DNA of 64,000 nucleotides from Acutalibacteraceae bacterium (GTDB lineage Bacteria; Bacillota; Clostridia; Oscillospirales; Acutalibacteraceae): assembly GCA_045532935.1 (NCBI GenBank), contig JAZSGW010000013.1, positions 92,380-156,379 on the forward strand. Direction: 5' to 3'. Made by a program: the position numbers and the translations under genes. The notes under the pieces were generated by a model that made no database searches, had not been told where the DNA came from, and saw only the letters and a list, made by a program, of their open reading frames with translations. Below are positions 50,780 through 58,302 of this stretch, piece by piece (position 1 is the stretch's first letter; each line of letters starts with the position of its first letter).

Positions 50780-51271
50780 TTATATACTCCTCATAAATTC
50801 TTTAACCTGCCGTTTTGTTTTTAAAACAACAGTTTTATCTTGGTACTTATCTGCAATTTCAGCATAATAGTCCCGTCTTTCCTTGTTTCTGCAACCGAAA
50901 AGAGTAAACTTTACAAACCACCAATTCATATCGTTGGCGTAACCGTCTTGTCTGCGGCTCTTTGTTCGTTTAACCGCACGAAAAAAGCAGGTCATTCTCG
51001 GAAGCTGAAGCAAGATTATTTTATCTGCCTTTTGCAGTCGCTCATCTATCATCAGGTATGTATAGTAGCCGTCAATAATCCAATCTTCTTGCGCCATAAA
51101 GTCTGCAACTATGGGCAGTACGACAGAATCGTCAATCGGCTTCCATTCCTTGTCCCACTTGACATCATCAAGGTGAAGGACGGGGATATTTTTCTTTTCA
51201 GCTATGTAGTCAGACAGATATGTTTTACCGCTTCCGGCATAGCCTAAAACTGCGATTTTCATTTCCTTCAC
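50780..51271 (-). CDS. Adenylate-kinase-like P-loop NTPase ('topology modulation protein' family)
   Basis: 163 aa. Walker A GYAGSGKT near the N-terminus. Same fold family as the 52944-53450 gene. Confidence 0.7.
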   Translation of the reverse strand: MKEMKIAVLGYAGSGKTYLSDYIAEKKNIPVLHLDDVKWDKEWKPIDDSVVLPIVADFMAQEDWIIDGYYTYLMIDERLQKADKIILLQLPRMTCFFRAVKRTKSRRQDGYANDMNWWFVKFTLFGCRNKERRDYYAEIADKYQDKTVVLKTKRQVKEFMRSI

Positions 51272-51291
51272 CTCTTTCAGATATCAGTTTA

Positions 51292-51843
51292 TTATAAATA
51301 CTTCTGCATATAAAACAAATCCTGATAAGTTTCGTCTTTCAACTTGCATATCTTTGGCTTAACTGCAACAGTTTTAAAACCGAATTTCTCATACAGAGCC
51401 TTCCCTCTCTCATTGCCTTCAAGATATTCGAGTTCAAGGATTTTAGTGCCTTTGTGTTCTTTAGCAATTTTAATAAGCTCACTGAACATTGCAGAACCGA
51501 TACCTATGTTCCAATAATCTTTCAGAATAGCAATTCCGATACCTGCTCTGTGAGAAGTTTTCATATCATTAAAAAATGTAATATCGCAGGACCCGACAGC
51601 TTTACCGTCAATATAACAGGCTATTATAAGATTGTGTTCTGATTCTCGGTTACCGGAAATCCATTTTTTCTCGTCTTCAACGGTAAAACCTTCCCAATCC
51701 TCAGTGCAACGTGAAAGAAACGCTGTTTCTCCACTAGCGGTTATGATGTTGTTAAGAAACATTTCTGCATCTTCGATTTCGGGTGTTTTTAATATTGCGT
51801 GTATGCCGTTTTTCAGTGTAATTTCCTTTGCTTTAAATATCAT
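51292..51843 (-). CDS. GNAT-family N-acetyltransferase
   Basis: 183 aa. Acetyl-CoA motif WNIGIGSAMFSELIKIAK and C-terminal YEKFGF. Confidence 0.8.
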   Translation of the reverse strand: MIFKAKEITLKNGIHAILKTPEIEDAEMFLNNIITASGETAFLSRCTEDWEGFTVEDEKKWISGNRESEHNLIIACYIDGKAVGSCDITFFNDMKTSHRAGIGIAILKDYWNIGIGSAMFSELIKIAKEHKGTKILELEYLEGNERGKALYEKFGFKTVAVKPKICKLKDETYQDLFYMQKYL

Positions 51844-51844
51844 A

Positions 51845-52951
51845 TCATTTCACCTCGATAGCAATAAAAGGAACTGTCATTTCTTCTTTAACAAGGCCTG
51901 CATGACCTCCGATAGGTTCAAAATCCGAATGCTCATAATTTAGTATCACATTACTTGTAGCAACAGCTAAATAGTCGCCTATAAAATCTTTAGTTTTTGG
52001 GTGTGCAGTGCCATAACCCAAAAGATTTTCTGCAAAAACCTCTTCTTTTGTCATAAGTCTGAATGAATCACCGAACACCTTGTTGAATTCCTCTTTAAAT
52101 GCTTCGGCTTTTCCGTCTTTAATGAAAAGGCTCAAGGCTCTCGGTTCAACAGAAGGTGGCATTTTAAGCATATCCTTAAGCACGGGATAATCCTCTAAAT
52201 ATTCATTTACACAATCAATTTGTCCATGGTCAGCTGTAATAATGATACGAGAGTTTTTCAGCTTTTTACATAGCTTTTCAACCTCTCTGTTTATCATCTC
52301 AACTTCGTTCTTTGCTTCTACACTGTGTACGCCGTGTATGTGCATTATATTATCGGGTTGATGCCAATAGGTGTATATGTACTTCTGCTTTCTTCTTTTT
52401 GACAGTCTGCAAACTGTTTTACAAATGTGATGAACACTTTTTGAACGGTATTTTGAAAAAGCAGATACACAATAAGCTGTCTTTCTGCCCCTGACCTCTT
52501 CTATTCTTTGGAAAATCTTTTTATACGGTATGTATTTAAACGGAACATTATATCCTGCAGCAGGCTCACCGTTTCGTTGCAAAGCATTTTTAAAGACAGT
52601 GACATTTTCTCCTATTTCATCAAAATATAAGTCCCAACCAATCCAGCCGGTTTCAATAGGAGAATAACCGCTTTCGATTGCAGTCAGGGCAGCAACAGTC
52701 GTTGACGGATATACGGATGATATGTCTGTTAAATGATGCTGTCTGAGGAAATCAGTTTCAGAAAGATGTTCCTTGATCACAGAAGCACCCATACCGTCAA
52801 AGAGCATCATTATTACGTTTTTATAGTTTTTATTTAATAGTTCATCAAACTCAGGTAAGCTCTTATGCTCGCAATCAGTAACACCGAAATACTTAAGCAC
52901 AGATGAAGCAAGAGACAATATGCTTCTGTCATAATCGGGATATTTAACCAT
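51845..52951 (-). CDS. Alkaline-phosphatase-superfamily protein (type I phosphodiesterase/nucleotide pyrophosphatase-like)
   Basis: Metal/nucleophile motifs LFDGMG, YPSTT and ITADHGQ. The start at 52951 (MVKYP) has AAGGAG 8 nt upstream and overlaps the preceding gene by 8 nt. Confidence 0.7.
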   Translation of the reverse strand: MVKYPDYDRSILSLASSVLKYFGVTDCEHKSLPEFDELLNKNYKNVIMMLFDGMGASVIKEHLSETDFLRQHHLTDISSVYPSTTVAALTAIESGYSPIETGWIGWDLYFDEIGENVTVFKNALQRNGEPAAGYNVPFKYIPYKKIFQRIEEVRGRKTAYCVSAFSKYRSKSVHHICKTVCRLSKRRKQKYIYTYWHQPDNIMHIHGVHSVEAKNEVEMINREVEKLCKKLKNSRIIITADHGQIDCVNEYLEDYPVLKDMLKMPPSVEPRALSLFIKDGKAEAFKEEFNKVFGDSFRLMTKEEVFAENLLGYGTAHPKTKDFIGDYLAVATSNVILNYEHSDFEPIGGHAGLVKEEMTVPFIAIEVK

Positions 52952-53450
52952 GAAGATTTCTCCTTGCATTTTCTATGTATTTATCTGCATCTTCTCTTGA
53001 TTTGAAAACTATCACTTGCTTTTCACTTTTGTATTTATCAATCAGTTCATAAATGTACGGCAATGTTTTTTCAGAAAATTCCTCGATAAACTTTCTGAAT
53101 TCGGGGTCTAATTCTGTCTCTATCCAGGGGAGATCATAACGACCTTTTCCGATTCGTTCAGTTGCACCCTGTAAACAGATTTCTGTAGGCAAATCAAAGA
53201 GGAAAACAGCATCACATTCCTTAAGTCGCATTTCTATTGTTCTTTTATAATTCCCATCAATAATCCATTTTGAAGTAGAAAAGATTTCTGTTATTCTTTC
53301 GTCAAATTTTTCTCTGGATATGTGAGTCTTATCGGGTTTATGCCATATTGCATCAAGATAATACAAAGGCAATCCGGTAAGTTTATTTAATTTTTCTGCA
53401 AATGTTGTTTTCCCTGAACCGGGACAACCAATTATAATGACTTTGTTCAT
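52944..53450 (-). CDS. Adenylate-kinase-like P-loop NTPase ('topology modulation protein' family)
   Basis: Walker A GCPGSGKTT. I prefer the start at 53450 (MNKVIIIG), which has AAAGG 7 nt upstream. The ORF-track start at 53465 has no SD. Confidence 0.7.
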   Translation of the reverse strand: MNKVIIIGCPGSGKTTFAEKLNKLTGLPLYYLDAIWHKPDKTHISREKFDERITEIFSTSKWIIDGNYKRTIEMRLKECDAVFLFDLPTEICLQGATERIGKGRYDLPWIETELDPEFRKFIEEFSEKTLPYIYELIDKYKSEKQVIVFKSREDADKYIENARRNLHG

Positions 53451-53483
53451 TTTACTGCCTTTCATATTGATAAGAAAATTTTG

Positions 53484-54128
53484 TTATTTTTCAGTGCTTT
53501 TGAGTATCATAAGCTGACTGGGCGGATAAGATAGCCACGTTATAAGATAAAGAACTCCAGCAATTTCTTCGGTGATAAAAGACATATGTCTCAGACCGAC
53601 ACAAATATCTCCGATAACAAATACTATAAAGCCAATCATCAGAATAAGATGTTTACGTGAAGGCTTTTGTATCTGCAGCTCAACTGCGTGTGCAATATTA
53701 ATGCCTATACACACTGCATAGGCAGCCGGAAGAATAATATTACCCTGAAAGCCAAGAATGGTAGTAATAAGACTCGCAGCAACGGCAGGTATTATTCTTT
53801 TAAGAAGCTCGGTGGAAATCTTTTTGTCACTAATATGTGCCAGATAAACAGTATAACATAATTGCACAACTATAAATACAGCGACACCGTATAGATATTT
53901 GTTAAGAAGGACGAGGAAAATGTCAGCAAGTAAAGTAAACATAAGACCGATACTGACAAACCGACTTTCTTTTTTATTAAAAACTGTAACGCCCGATAGC
54001 GTTACAAGTGCGCTTGCGGCGAATTTTAGAGGTCTTGAATCCCAAAGCGAAAAAATATCGCAGGTAAGATAGATGAGCATGAAAATACCGATTAATCCAT
54101 ACACAATATATTTAAAAGATTTTTTCAT
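53484..54128 (-). CDS. YhhN-family membrane protein (second paralogue in the window)
   Basis: 214 aa, about 7 TM. The C-terminal FIVFVIGDICVG motif is YhhN-like. GGAGG SD. Confidence 0.6.
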   Translation of the reverse strand: MKKSFKYIVYGLIGIFMLIYLTCDIFSLWDSRPLKFAASALVTLSGVTVFNKKESRFVSIGLMFTLLADIFLVLLNKYLYGVAVFIVVQLCYTVYLAHISDKKISTELLKRIIPAVAASLITTILGFQGNIILPAAYAVCIGINIAHAVELQIQKPSRKHLILMIGFIVFVIGDICVGLRHMSFITEEIAGVLYLITWLSYPPSQLMILKSTEK

Positions 54129-54164
54129 TTTAATCCTCCAGATTTTTATTGTGATAATCCTTTG

Positions 54165-54203
54165 AAAAAAGAAACGCGTCTCTGACCATGAAATCAGAAA
54201 CGC
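54165..54203 (-). terminator. Leader terminator (attenuator 1) upstream of the yhhN-led operon
   Basis: In the minus-strand RNA: a 10-bp stem GCGUUUCUGA/UCAGAGACGC (one G.U that would be an A-C mismatch in a plus-strand RNA), an 8-nt loop, then GUUUCUUUUUU. It lies about 25 nt before the GGAGG SD. Confidence 0.7.
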
Positions 54204-54225
54204 ATAAATCCGAATTAAAGAAGTA

Positions 54226-54282
54226 TCATTTGCAAACGGACAAAACAGTATCTGATTTCACAAAGCTGCTTTTCATCATCAT
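54226..54282 (-). promoter_or_regulatory. Candidate leader peptide ORF 1 (18 codons: MMMKSSFVKSDTVLSVCK)
   Basis: AGGTGG SD (54293-54288) 5 nt before a triple ATG. The ORF contains the antiterminator strand UGAAAUCAGA (54260-54251). Confidence 0.5.
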
Positions 54283-54313
54283 TTTGTCCACCTGCCTTTC
54301 AGTGATTTTTATC

Positions 54314-54342
54314 ATTATATCAATACTTTACGGTATTGTCAA
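54314..54342 (-). promoter_or_regulatory. Consensus sigma-A promoter of the attenuated operon
   Basis: On the minus strand: TTGACA (54342-54337), 17-nt spacer, TATAAT (54319-54314). It abuts the pyk stop codon. Confidence 0.8.
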
Positions 54343-55755
54343 TTATATATTTTCAATCTTAATAAGATTCGTGTTTCCTGACTGTCCTGTAGTTACACCG
54401 CCGGTGATGATAATTTTATCACCTTTTTCAAGGTTAAGAGCTGTTTTTGTCAGCTTCTTTGCTGTATAGAAAAGAACGTCTGCAGAGGGAAGTTCCTCAC
54501 ACATTACAGGTTTTACACCCCATGAAAGAGCAAGTTTCTGCCAGGTTTTTTCGTTGGTGGTAAGACCTACAATATCAACAGGGGAACGGAACCGTGAAAT
54601 CATACGGACCGTCTTGCCGGAAAGTGAGCAGACTGTTATCGCTTTGGCACCGACATCTATCGACATACCGCACGTAGCGTGCGAGATGGCATCAACGGTA
54701 TTTTGTATAACGAAATCTGTTTCTCTGAATCGTTTTATAAAGTTTATGTTTTTTTCAGTCTGATATGCTATTCTGGACATTGTTTCTACAGCAAGAACAG
54801 GATGTTTTCCAACCGCAGTTTCGCCTGAAAGCATTACTGCACTTGTGCCGTCATAAACGGCGTTTGCAACATCAGATATTTCTGCCCTTGTAGGACGGGG
54901 ATTTGTAATCATTGATTCGAGCATTTCTGTAGCGGTGATAACACGTCTGCCAAACAGGCGGCACTTTGTGATAAGATGCTTCTGTATTGCAGGCAGCTCT
55001 TCAAATGGGATTTCAACCCCCATATCACCTCTTCCTATCATAACGCCTTCACAGTGCTCCAATATCGAGTCGATATTATCAATGCCTGACTGGTTCTCAA
55101 TTTTTGCGAGAATACCGATGCCGGTAATGTTGTTTTCTACGAGAAAATTCTTTACATCGATAAGATCCTGAGCGCAGGAAACAAAGGAACAGGCAATGTA
55201 GTCAACATCATTTTTTGCACCAAAGATTATGTCGCTTTTATCCTGTTCGCTTAAATAAACCTGTTTGAGGACTTTTCCCGGGAAACTCATTGATTTTCTG
55301 TCGGAAAGTGTGCCTCCGTCAACAACAGTGCATACCGCTTCTGTATCAGTTACTTTCTCAACGGTAAATCTCATAAGACCGTTGTTTAGTAGAATTGTGT
55401 CGCCTTTTTCTAGATCCTTCATCATACCTTTGTAGTTTACAGAAACTCTCTCGCTATTGCCTATGATTTCATCGGTCGTAAAAGTAAAACGATCACCTGC
55501 AATAAGCTTTACGGAGTCTCTTTCGAAGGTTTTGATTCTGTATTCGGGTCCTTTGGTGTCGAGCATAATCGCAACAGGAAGACCAAGCTCTTTGCGTACT
55601 GATTTTATCATATTTATTTTCTCGAGATGTTCTTTGTGAGTTCCGTGGGATAGGTTAAGTCTTGCAACATTTAGCCCGGCAAGACACATTTTTCTGAATG
55701 TTGTTGTATCACTACAAGACGGACCTATTGTTGCAACGATTTTAGTCTTTCGCAT
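54343..55755 (-). CDS. pyk: Pyruvate kinase
   Basis: Motifs IVATIGPS, MLDTKGPE and MIGRGDMGVEIP. I prefer the start at 55755 (MRKTKIV) over the ORF-track start 10 codons upstream. Confidence 0.95.
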   Translation of the reverse strand: MRKTKIVATIGPSCSDTTTFRKMCLAGLNVARLNLSHGTHKEHLEKINMIKSVRKELGLPVAIMLDTKGPEYRIKTFERDSVKLIAGDRFTFTTDEIIGNSERVSVNYKGMMKDLEKGDTILLNNGLMRFTVEKVTDTEAVCTVVDGGTLSDRKSMSFPGKVLKQVYLSEQDKSDIIFGAKNDVDYIACSFVSCAQDLIDVKNFLVENNITGIGILAKIENQSGIDNIDSILEHCEGVMIGRGDMGVEIPFEELPAIQKHLITKCRLFGRRVITATEMLESMITNPRPTRAEISDVANAVYDGTSAVMLSGETAVGKHPVLAVETMSRIAYQTEKNINFIKRFRETDFVIQNTVDAISHATCGMSIDVGAKAITVCSLSGKTVRMISRFRSPVDIVGLTTNEKTWQKLALSWGVKPVMCEELPSADVLFYTAKKLTKTALNLEKGDKIIITGGVTTGQSGNTNLIKIENI

Positions 55756-55878
55756 AATCGAGTACCTTTCTATAAAACTATACAACCTTTCAATACATCT
55801 ATTTATATTATTATTTATTCTTTTACAAGATAATATTTATTATATATCCGATTTTTTGATTTTTATTTCTTTTAATTA

Positions 55879-55907
55879 TTGCATAGACGTTATTAAATTG
55901 GTATAAT
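55879..55907 (+). promoter_or_regulatory. Sigma-A promoter for the GH43-like gene
   Basis: TTGCAT, 17-nt spacer, TGgTATAAT (extended -10). Confidence 0.65.
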
Positions 55908-55935
55908 TTATTAAAACTATTAAGGAGATAATACA

Positions 55936-56865
55936 ATGCCATATCTTTTTACGCATTTCAAAGAAAAGCTTACTGTTGACGGTGAACAGGTTTATTTTTC
56001 TGTTAGTCGTGACGGATTTAACTGGGAACAAATAAATGGCGGGAATCCTATACTTGTAAGTAAAATGGGTTCCGGAGGCTGCCGCGATATAGAGATTGCC
56101 CGACTCAAGGACAACAGCTTTGTAATTCTGACAACTGATGAGTGTATAGTCAACCGCTTTGATGAAAACTATAATGTCAACTGGCAGGTAGTAAACCGCA
56201 CCGGCAGTAAAGGCCTATGTATGTGGAAAAGCAAGGATTTAATAAGCTTTTCCGAGCAACGGATAATCCCGATAGGAAGAGAGGATTTCGGATGTCTATG
56301 GGCACCTGAAATCATTTATGACGAAATAAACGACGAGTACGTGATTCATTGGGGCTCAACAGTTGCGCAGGATGACTATAGTCATATGTCAATTTATTAC
56401 AGTACCACAAAGGATTTTGAAACATTTACCAGACCGAAGCTCTTTTTCACGAAAGTTAACGAAATTCTTGACACTCATATTCGTAAAATCGACGGAAAAT
56501 ATCATATGTTTTATAAAAACGCAAACAATCCCGGTATGAATATGCACGCTGTTTCCGATGATTTATATGGCCCTTATCTGCACGATGAGGCTTTTGAGAA
56601 GTATATGGAAACCGTTGATAAAGCTAATTGCTTCGAAGCTCCTACGACTATGATTTTGCCCGACGGAAGATGGTGCCTTATGATCGACTTTTTCGGTTGT
56701 CCCAAACCTGAAATGGGATATGTACCGTTTATAAGCGAAAAGCCGGGGGACAGCAATTTCAAAAGAAGCGATGAAGCCTTTTCGTTCCCTTACGGCTTTA
56801 AGCATGGAGGTATCCTCGAAATAACCGATGAGGAATACGAGAGAATCAAAAAGTATTACAAATGA
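55936..56865 (+). CDS. GH43-like glycoside hydrolase (five-bladed propeller family)
   Basis: 309 aa. CRDIEI (like the catalytic RDP), LWAPEI and CFEAPT (like ExP) are spaced as in GH43. No signal peptide. Confidence 0.6.
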   Translation: MPYLFTHFKEKLTVDGEQVYFSVSRDGFNWEQINGGNPILVSKMGSGGCRDIEIARLKDNSFVILTTDECIVNRFDENYNVNWQVVNRTGSKGLCMWKSKDLISFSEQRIIPIGREDFGCLWAPEIIYDEINDEYVIHWGSTVAQDDYSHMSIYYSTTKDFETFTRPKLFFTKVNEILDTHIRKIDGKYHMFYKNANNPGMNMHAVSDDLYGPYLHDEAFEKYMETVDKANCFEAPTTMILPDGRWCLMIDFFGCPKPEMGYVPFISEKPGDSNFKRSDEAFSFPYGFKHGGILEITDEEYERIKKYYK

Positions 56866-57452
56866 GACAAATGTTAATTAAATGTTTTAAAACCCGGAAG
56901 TTACGAAGAAATAAAAACAAATATTCGGTACCTCTTTTTACACTTGTTTTTCTTTTGTTTTCAATGTGGTGCTTTTCTATAGCAACAGAAAGTTTGATGA
57001 TATTGAAATCTCCGGATAGCATTATAGTTGAACGAGAAAGCGAATTTGAGTTTAGCGTGATAAAAGGATATAGGAATACCGGATATGTAATCACTCTGGA
57101 TGATGGAAATAAACTTTCATTAGATCCCGGAATTGTAGATGATAATAAATTTGTAAATTTAAACAAGTGTGAGTTTAGATATTCAAAATGGATTAACATT
57201 CACGGACGACATAAATGTGTAAGCATTTCTGCTGATGGGATTGAGTTTTTAAACGAAAGAGCCATCAATAAAGAATTAAAGTTAGGCATATTTGGATTTT
57301 ATCTGATTGCTTTAATTTATTTTGTTGTATTTTTGTTTTTTAATTTTGTAGCTAATGCTGATATAATAATTTTCGGGATTAAAAAGCATAAAAAAATGAA
57401 GGAACTTAAAAGAAAAAAGAAGCTTAAAGAGATGCAAGCGCAAAATCAATAA
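56862..57452 (+). CDS. Hypothetical two-TM membrane protein
   Basis: 196 aa, very AT-rich, with a Lys-rich C-terminal tail. It overlaps the GH43 stop (ATGA). Confidence 0.5.
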   Translation: MRQMLIKCFKTRKLRRNKNKYSVPLFTLVFLLFSMWCFSIATESLMILKSPDSIIVERESEFEFSVIKGYRNTGYVITLDDGNKLSLDPGIVDDNKFVNLNKCEFRYSKWINIHGRHKCVSISADGIEFLNERAINKELKLGIFGFYLIALIYFVVFLFFNFVANADIIIFGIKKHKKMKELKRKKKLKEMQAQNQ

Positions 57453-57496
57453 TAAATTTCGAATAAAAAAAGAATAAAAATTCATACTTATAACAA

Positions 57497-57530
57497 ACCA
57501 CCGGGAATAAAAGTTCCCGGTGGTAATTTT
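57497..57530. terminator. Bidirectional terminator
   Basis: 10-bp perfect stem ACCACCGGGA/TCCCGGTGGT, followed by AATTTT on the plus strand and TTTGTTAT on the minus strand. Confidence 0.75.
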
Positions 57531-57541
57531 AGCTTGATTAG

Positions 57542-57736
57542 AAAAAAATAAATCCCGCCGTGCCGTTCGTGATGTGTATAACCTGCCTCAATAGCAGGGT
57601 GGTGATAGCGAGACGGGTTCGCGCTCCCTTCGTCCGCAGAAGCGGGAGGTCTGCAATCCGCCGTCAAAGCATCTCTCCGTTTTATAACGTGTTGGGTTAT
57701 AACGATCACAGTTGTCGCACACAGCAGGAGTTATAA
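57542..57736 (-). ncRNA. Candidate structured sRNA, rod-like (6S RNA-like?)
   Basis: A segment at about 56% GC (98 of 175 nt counted over 57554-57728) sits in an AT-rich spacer. The 5' and 3' ends pair over about 30 bp in four helices, with G.U pairs that work only on the minus strand. An apical CCGC-UUCU-GCGG hairpin sits exactly at the midpoint. A 3' U-tract follows. Confidence 0.5.
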
Positions 57737-57753
57737 ATTTTTTAATATGATTA

Positions 57754-58065
57754 TTATTCTTCTTCGCTATGTTTTTCGTAAAGCTCAATGAGTCTGTCCT
57801 CGAAGATGTTACCGATTTCGTTGAATTCCTTCTCGTCTTCAATCTGAACAAGATAGGTTTCTCCGTTTTCTTCTATTACCTTGAGAATAAATACGTCTCC
57901 GTCGTCATCAAGAATTTCAGCTGCATCATCATAAATAGGAAGCAGAGCTACATAGCGTTTTCCATCTTCTGTTTCAATTCTGTCAATTTCTTCAAAAAGA
58001 TGTTCTGTTCCGTCATCATCAACAACTGAAACTATATCAGAGGTTTCATAGTTAAGTTCGTCCAT
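57754..58065 (-). CDS. DUF1292-family small acidic protein
   Basis: 103 aa. DDDGTEHLFEEIDRIE..GKRYVALLP...FILKV is the DUF1292 pattern. Confidence 0.75.
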   Translation of the reverse strand: MDELNYETSDIVSVVDDDGTEHLFEEIDRIETEDGKRYVALLPIYDDAAEILDDDGDVFILKVIEENGETYLVQIEDEKEFNEIGNIFEDRLIELYEKHSEEE

Positions 58066-58302
58066 CGAATTTCACCAAAGGTAAAATAATTTACCTTCCC
58101 TTTCATTTTATTACATTACTATTTTAATATTTCTACCCACTTATGTCAATATTAATGTAAATAATAAAATGTAAAAAAATCTAAAAAACATATAGCAAAC
58201 AATTATAAGATATGCTATAATAAAACTAATTATATATATTATTGTTTTTTACGTTTATTTAATACATGTCTGATAAGAATAAATATAAGGAAGTGAAACA
58301 AG

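Noticed and set aside
57554-57728. I considered reading the GC-rich element on the plus strand as an SRP RNA Alu-domain-like sequence. UCUGCAAUCCGCC resembles the B. subtilis scRNA CCUGCAAUCCGCUC.
   Set aside because: There is no S-domain signature (GGUCCGGAAGGAAGCAGC-like) anywhere nearby. Several helix pairs would be A-C mismatches on the plus strand but are G.U on the minus strand. The U-tract is also on the minus strand. I likewise found no RNase P, tmRNA, T-box, cobalamin, TPP, SAM or c-di-AMP consensus blocks.
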